Part shown: positions 62,265 through 64,000 of the stretch, one piece after another | Position numbering within the stretch: position 1 is the stretch's first letter | How the letters are laid out: each line of letters begins with the position of its first letter | From: an uncultured Lachnospiraceae bacterium | GTDB taxonomy: Bacteria; Bacillota; Clostridia; Lachnospirales; Lachnospiraceae | Assembly: GCA_910577115.1 (NCBI GenBank) | Contig: CAJTMC010000002.1 | Location: 33,559 to 97,558, forward strand | Reading direction: 5' to 3' | DNA length: 64,000 bases | The notes under the pieces: generated by a model | Told to the model about the DNA's origin: nothing | Seen by the model: the letters and a program-made list of their open reading frames with translations, nothing else | The model's database searches: none | Position numbers and translations under genes: made by a program

Positions 62265-63386
62265 CTAAATCGCATTCATAAAATGAATCCGGTTCTCTTT
62301 GGCACTCTCCTTTGGTCTTCCCAAATCCGCTCTTGAATCAAGCGACACCATAACTTCAATCATCGTAAGCTCTTGTTTCTTTTTTGCCTCAAGAAGCACT
62401 TCTTTCAATTCTTTTTCATCCATAGCCCTAAACACATTGCGGTAGCCACATGCTTTTGCAATCTGTCCGTAGGTCTCCCCGCTAAATCCCGTCGGTATTG
62501 CCCCGACTGACTCGTGTGCCGCATTATTAATAACAATATGTAAAAGATTCTTGGGCGCCTGTTTTGCAATAAAAGCCAACGCTCCCATATGCATCATAAC
62601 AGCCCCGTCTCCGTCAATGCATACAATCTGCTTCGTGTCATCAGCCTGAGCCATTCCATAAGCAATCATAGACGCATGTCCCATGCCTCCGACTGTCATA
62701 AAAAGTTTATCATGCCCCCCATAAAGCGCATCACTTTGCTCATAAAGCTCTCTTGAGATTTTTCCTGTCGTGGACACAATACATGCAGCTTCATAAACGG
62801 ATTCCAAAATCAGCTTTAATGCCTGTTCGCGGACAAAAGTATAACCATTCTCCCATGAAAAAAAGCTTTCCTTTTCAAATGTTCCTTTTTTTACAATAAT
62901 CGCATACTGCCTGTTTTGGTTCATTATATTCTGCGCGTCGGAAAGAATTTCTCTGATTTGTGCCTCTGTTGTCATTTCGTCAATAACAGCATACGGCACA
63001 TCCATTACTTCCAGCAGCCCGCAAGTAACTTTGCCTTGATAAACATGCTGCGGCTCATCCTTTTTCCCCGGTTCACCGCGCCATCCAACGACAAACAGCA
63101 TGGGAATGCCATATACCTCCTGATTGGCAATCGATGCTAACGGATTTATGATATTTCCAAGCCCCGAATTCTGTAAATATACCAAACAGGGGCGTTTCGC
63201 CGCAAGATATTCTCCTGTGGCCAGCCCGACAGCCGCACCCTCGTTTGCTGTCACATAATGCCGAAACGTTTTTCCATGATCCAACTGCACTGCATCACAG
63301 AACTGTTTTAACGTAGAATCCGGTACACCTGTAATTGTACGAATTCCTATATGCTCTACTTCCTGTAAAAAAGTACTTGCCTTCAT
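62265..63386 (-). CDS. ppd: Phosphonopyruvate decarboxylase
   Basis: GVPDSTLK, NEGAAVG, QNSGLGN, GWRGEPG..DEPQH, VGGMGHAS, DGDGA; adjacent to pepM. Confidence 0.93.
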   Translation of the reverse strand: MKASTFLQEVEHIGIRTITGVPDSTLKQFCDAVQLDHGKTFRHYVTANEGAAVGLATGEYLAAKRPCLVYLQNSGLGNIINPLASIANQEVYGIPMLFVVGWRGEPGKKDEPQHVYQGKVTCGLLEVMDVPYAVIDEMTTEAQIREILSDAQNIMNQNRQYAIIVKKGTFEKESFFSWENGYTFVREQALKLILESVYEAACIVSTTGKISRELYEQSDALYGGHDKLFMTVGGMGHASMIAYGMAQADDTKQIVCIDGDGAVMMHMGALAFIAKQAPKNLLHIVINNAAHESVGAIPTGFSGETYGQIAKACGYRNVFRAMDEKELKEVLLEAKKKQELTMIEVMVSLDSRADLGRPKESAKENRIHFMNAI

Positions 63387-63425
63387 TTTCCCCTCCCTTA
63401 TAAGCTCTGCCACGCCCGCATGAAA

Positions 63426-64000
63426 TTACATATCATCAATCAGTGTAATAATCTCCTTAAACGGCATTAATTTATCGTCAACCTCCAATGCTCTGTGATT
63501 CTTTAAAATTTCAATTGCTGTATTTTGCATTGCCGGAAATGCACTGCGCGTAAGCTGGTTCGCATAAATAACAATATTCACGCCATGCTGTGCAAGCTCC
63601 GCTTCCATTACAATGTTAAAAGAAGTCGGAACAACTACAATTGGTGTATGTTTATTCTCCCTTCTAAACGCGTCACAAAATGCAAAAATCTCATCCGGCG
63701 ATTTTTTTCTGGAATGAATCATAATCCCGTCAGCGCCGGCATCAACATATGCAAATGCACGTTCTAAAGCATCTTCCTGTCCTTTTTCCAGAATAAGACT
63801 CTCAATACGCGCAATAATCATAAACTCTTCTGTTCTTTGCGCATTTTTTCCGGCGCGTATTTTATCGCAGAAATTCTCAATCGTATCCTGAGTCTGCTCT
63901 ACCTCCGTGCCAAACAGGGAATTTTTCTTTAGACCTGTTTTATCTTCAATAATAACAGCCGATACCCCCATACGTTCCAATGTTCTCACATTATAAACAA
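63426..64000 (-). CDS. pepM: Phosphoenolpyruvate mutase, 5' part beyond the window
   Basis: Diagnostic EDKxxxxxNS motif (EDKTGLKKNS), IARIESLI, IYANQ. Confidence 0.93.
   Translation of the reverse strand, partial: VYNVRTLERMGVSAVIIEDKTGLKKNSLFGTEVEQTQDTIENFCDKIRAGKNAQRTEEFMIIARIESLILEKGQEDALERAFAYVDAGADGIMIHSRKKSPDEIFAFCDAFRRENKHTPIVVVPTSFNIVMEAELAQHGVNIVIYANQLTRSAFPAMQNTAIEILKNHRALEVDDKLMPFKEIITLIDDM

Overview
This is a 64 kb chromosomal window from a spore-forming Clostridia bacterium, most likely Lachnospiraceae, inferred from gene content. Left to right it contains: (1) an accessory, defence-like islet downstream of prmA (YhcG/DUF1016 nuclease, a PNK-like P-loop kinase paired with a Thg1-like 3'-5' polymerase, and an ABC-type AAA ATPase cut by the window edge); (2) the hrcA-grpE-dnaK-dnaJ-prmA heat-shock operon with a perfect CIRCE box; (3) a cupin, cotJ genes, uppP, an aminotransferase and a decayed toxin-antitoxin pair; (4) a BceRS/BceAB-type module split by a Phd-PIN toxin-antitoxin pair; (5) lipoproteins, a short CarD, folD, PPi-type pfk and an Rpn-like PD-(D/E)XK gene; (6) a sugar ABC importer with two tandem binding proteins and an AraC regulator; (7) an Ig-repeat surface protein followed by a ~25 kb surface-glycan locus (GT2/GT4, GT-C-like membrane proteins, glf, LTA-synthase-like protein, methyltransferase-coiled-coil-GT polymerase, Wzm/Wzt, manC/manA) ending in the phosphonate genes ppd and pepM. 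The most striking observations are a nested palindrome inside the YhcG coding sequence, the kinase plus Thg1-like pair, an in-frame internal start in the Rpn-like gene, a bulged hairpin family in the dnaK operon, and a possible methyl-capped phosphonoglycan system. No rRNA, tRNA, CRISPR array, transposase, integrase or reverse transcriptase was seen. All family calls come from reading motifs by eye, not from database searches.
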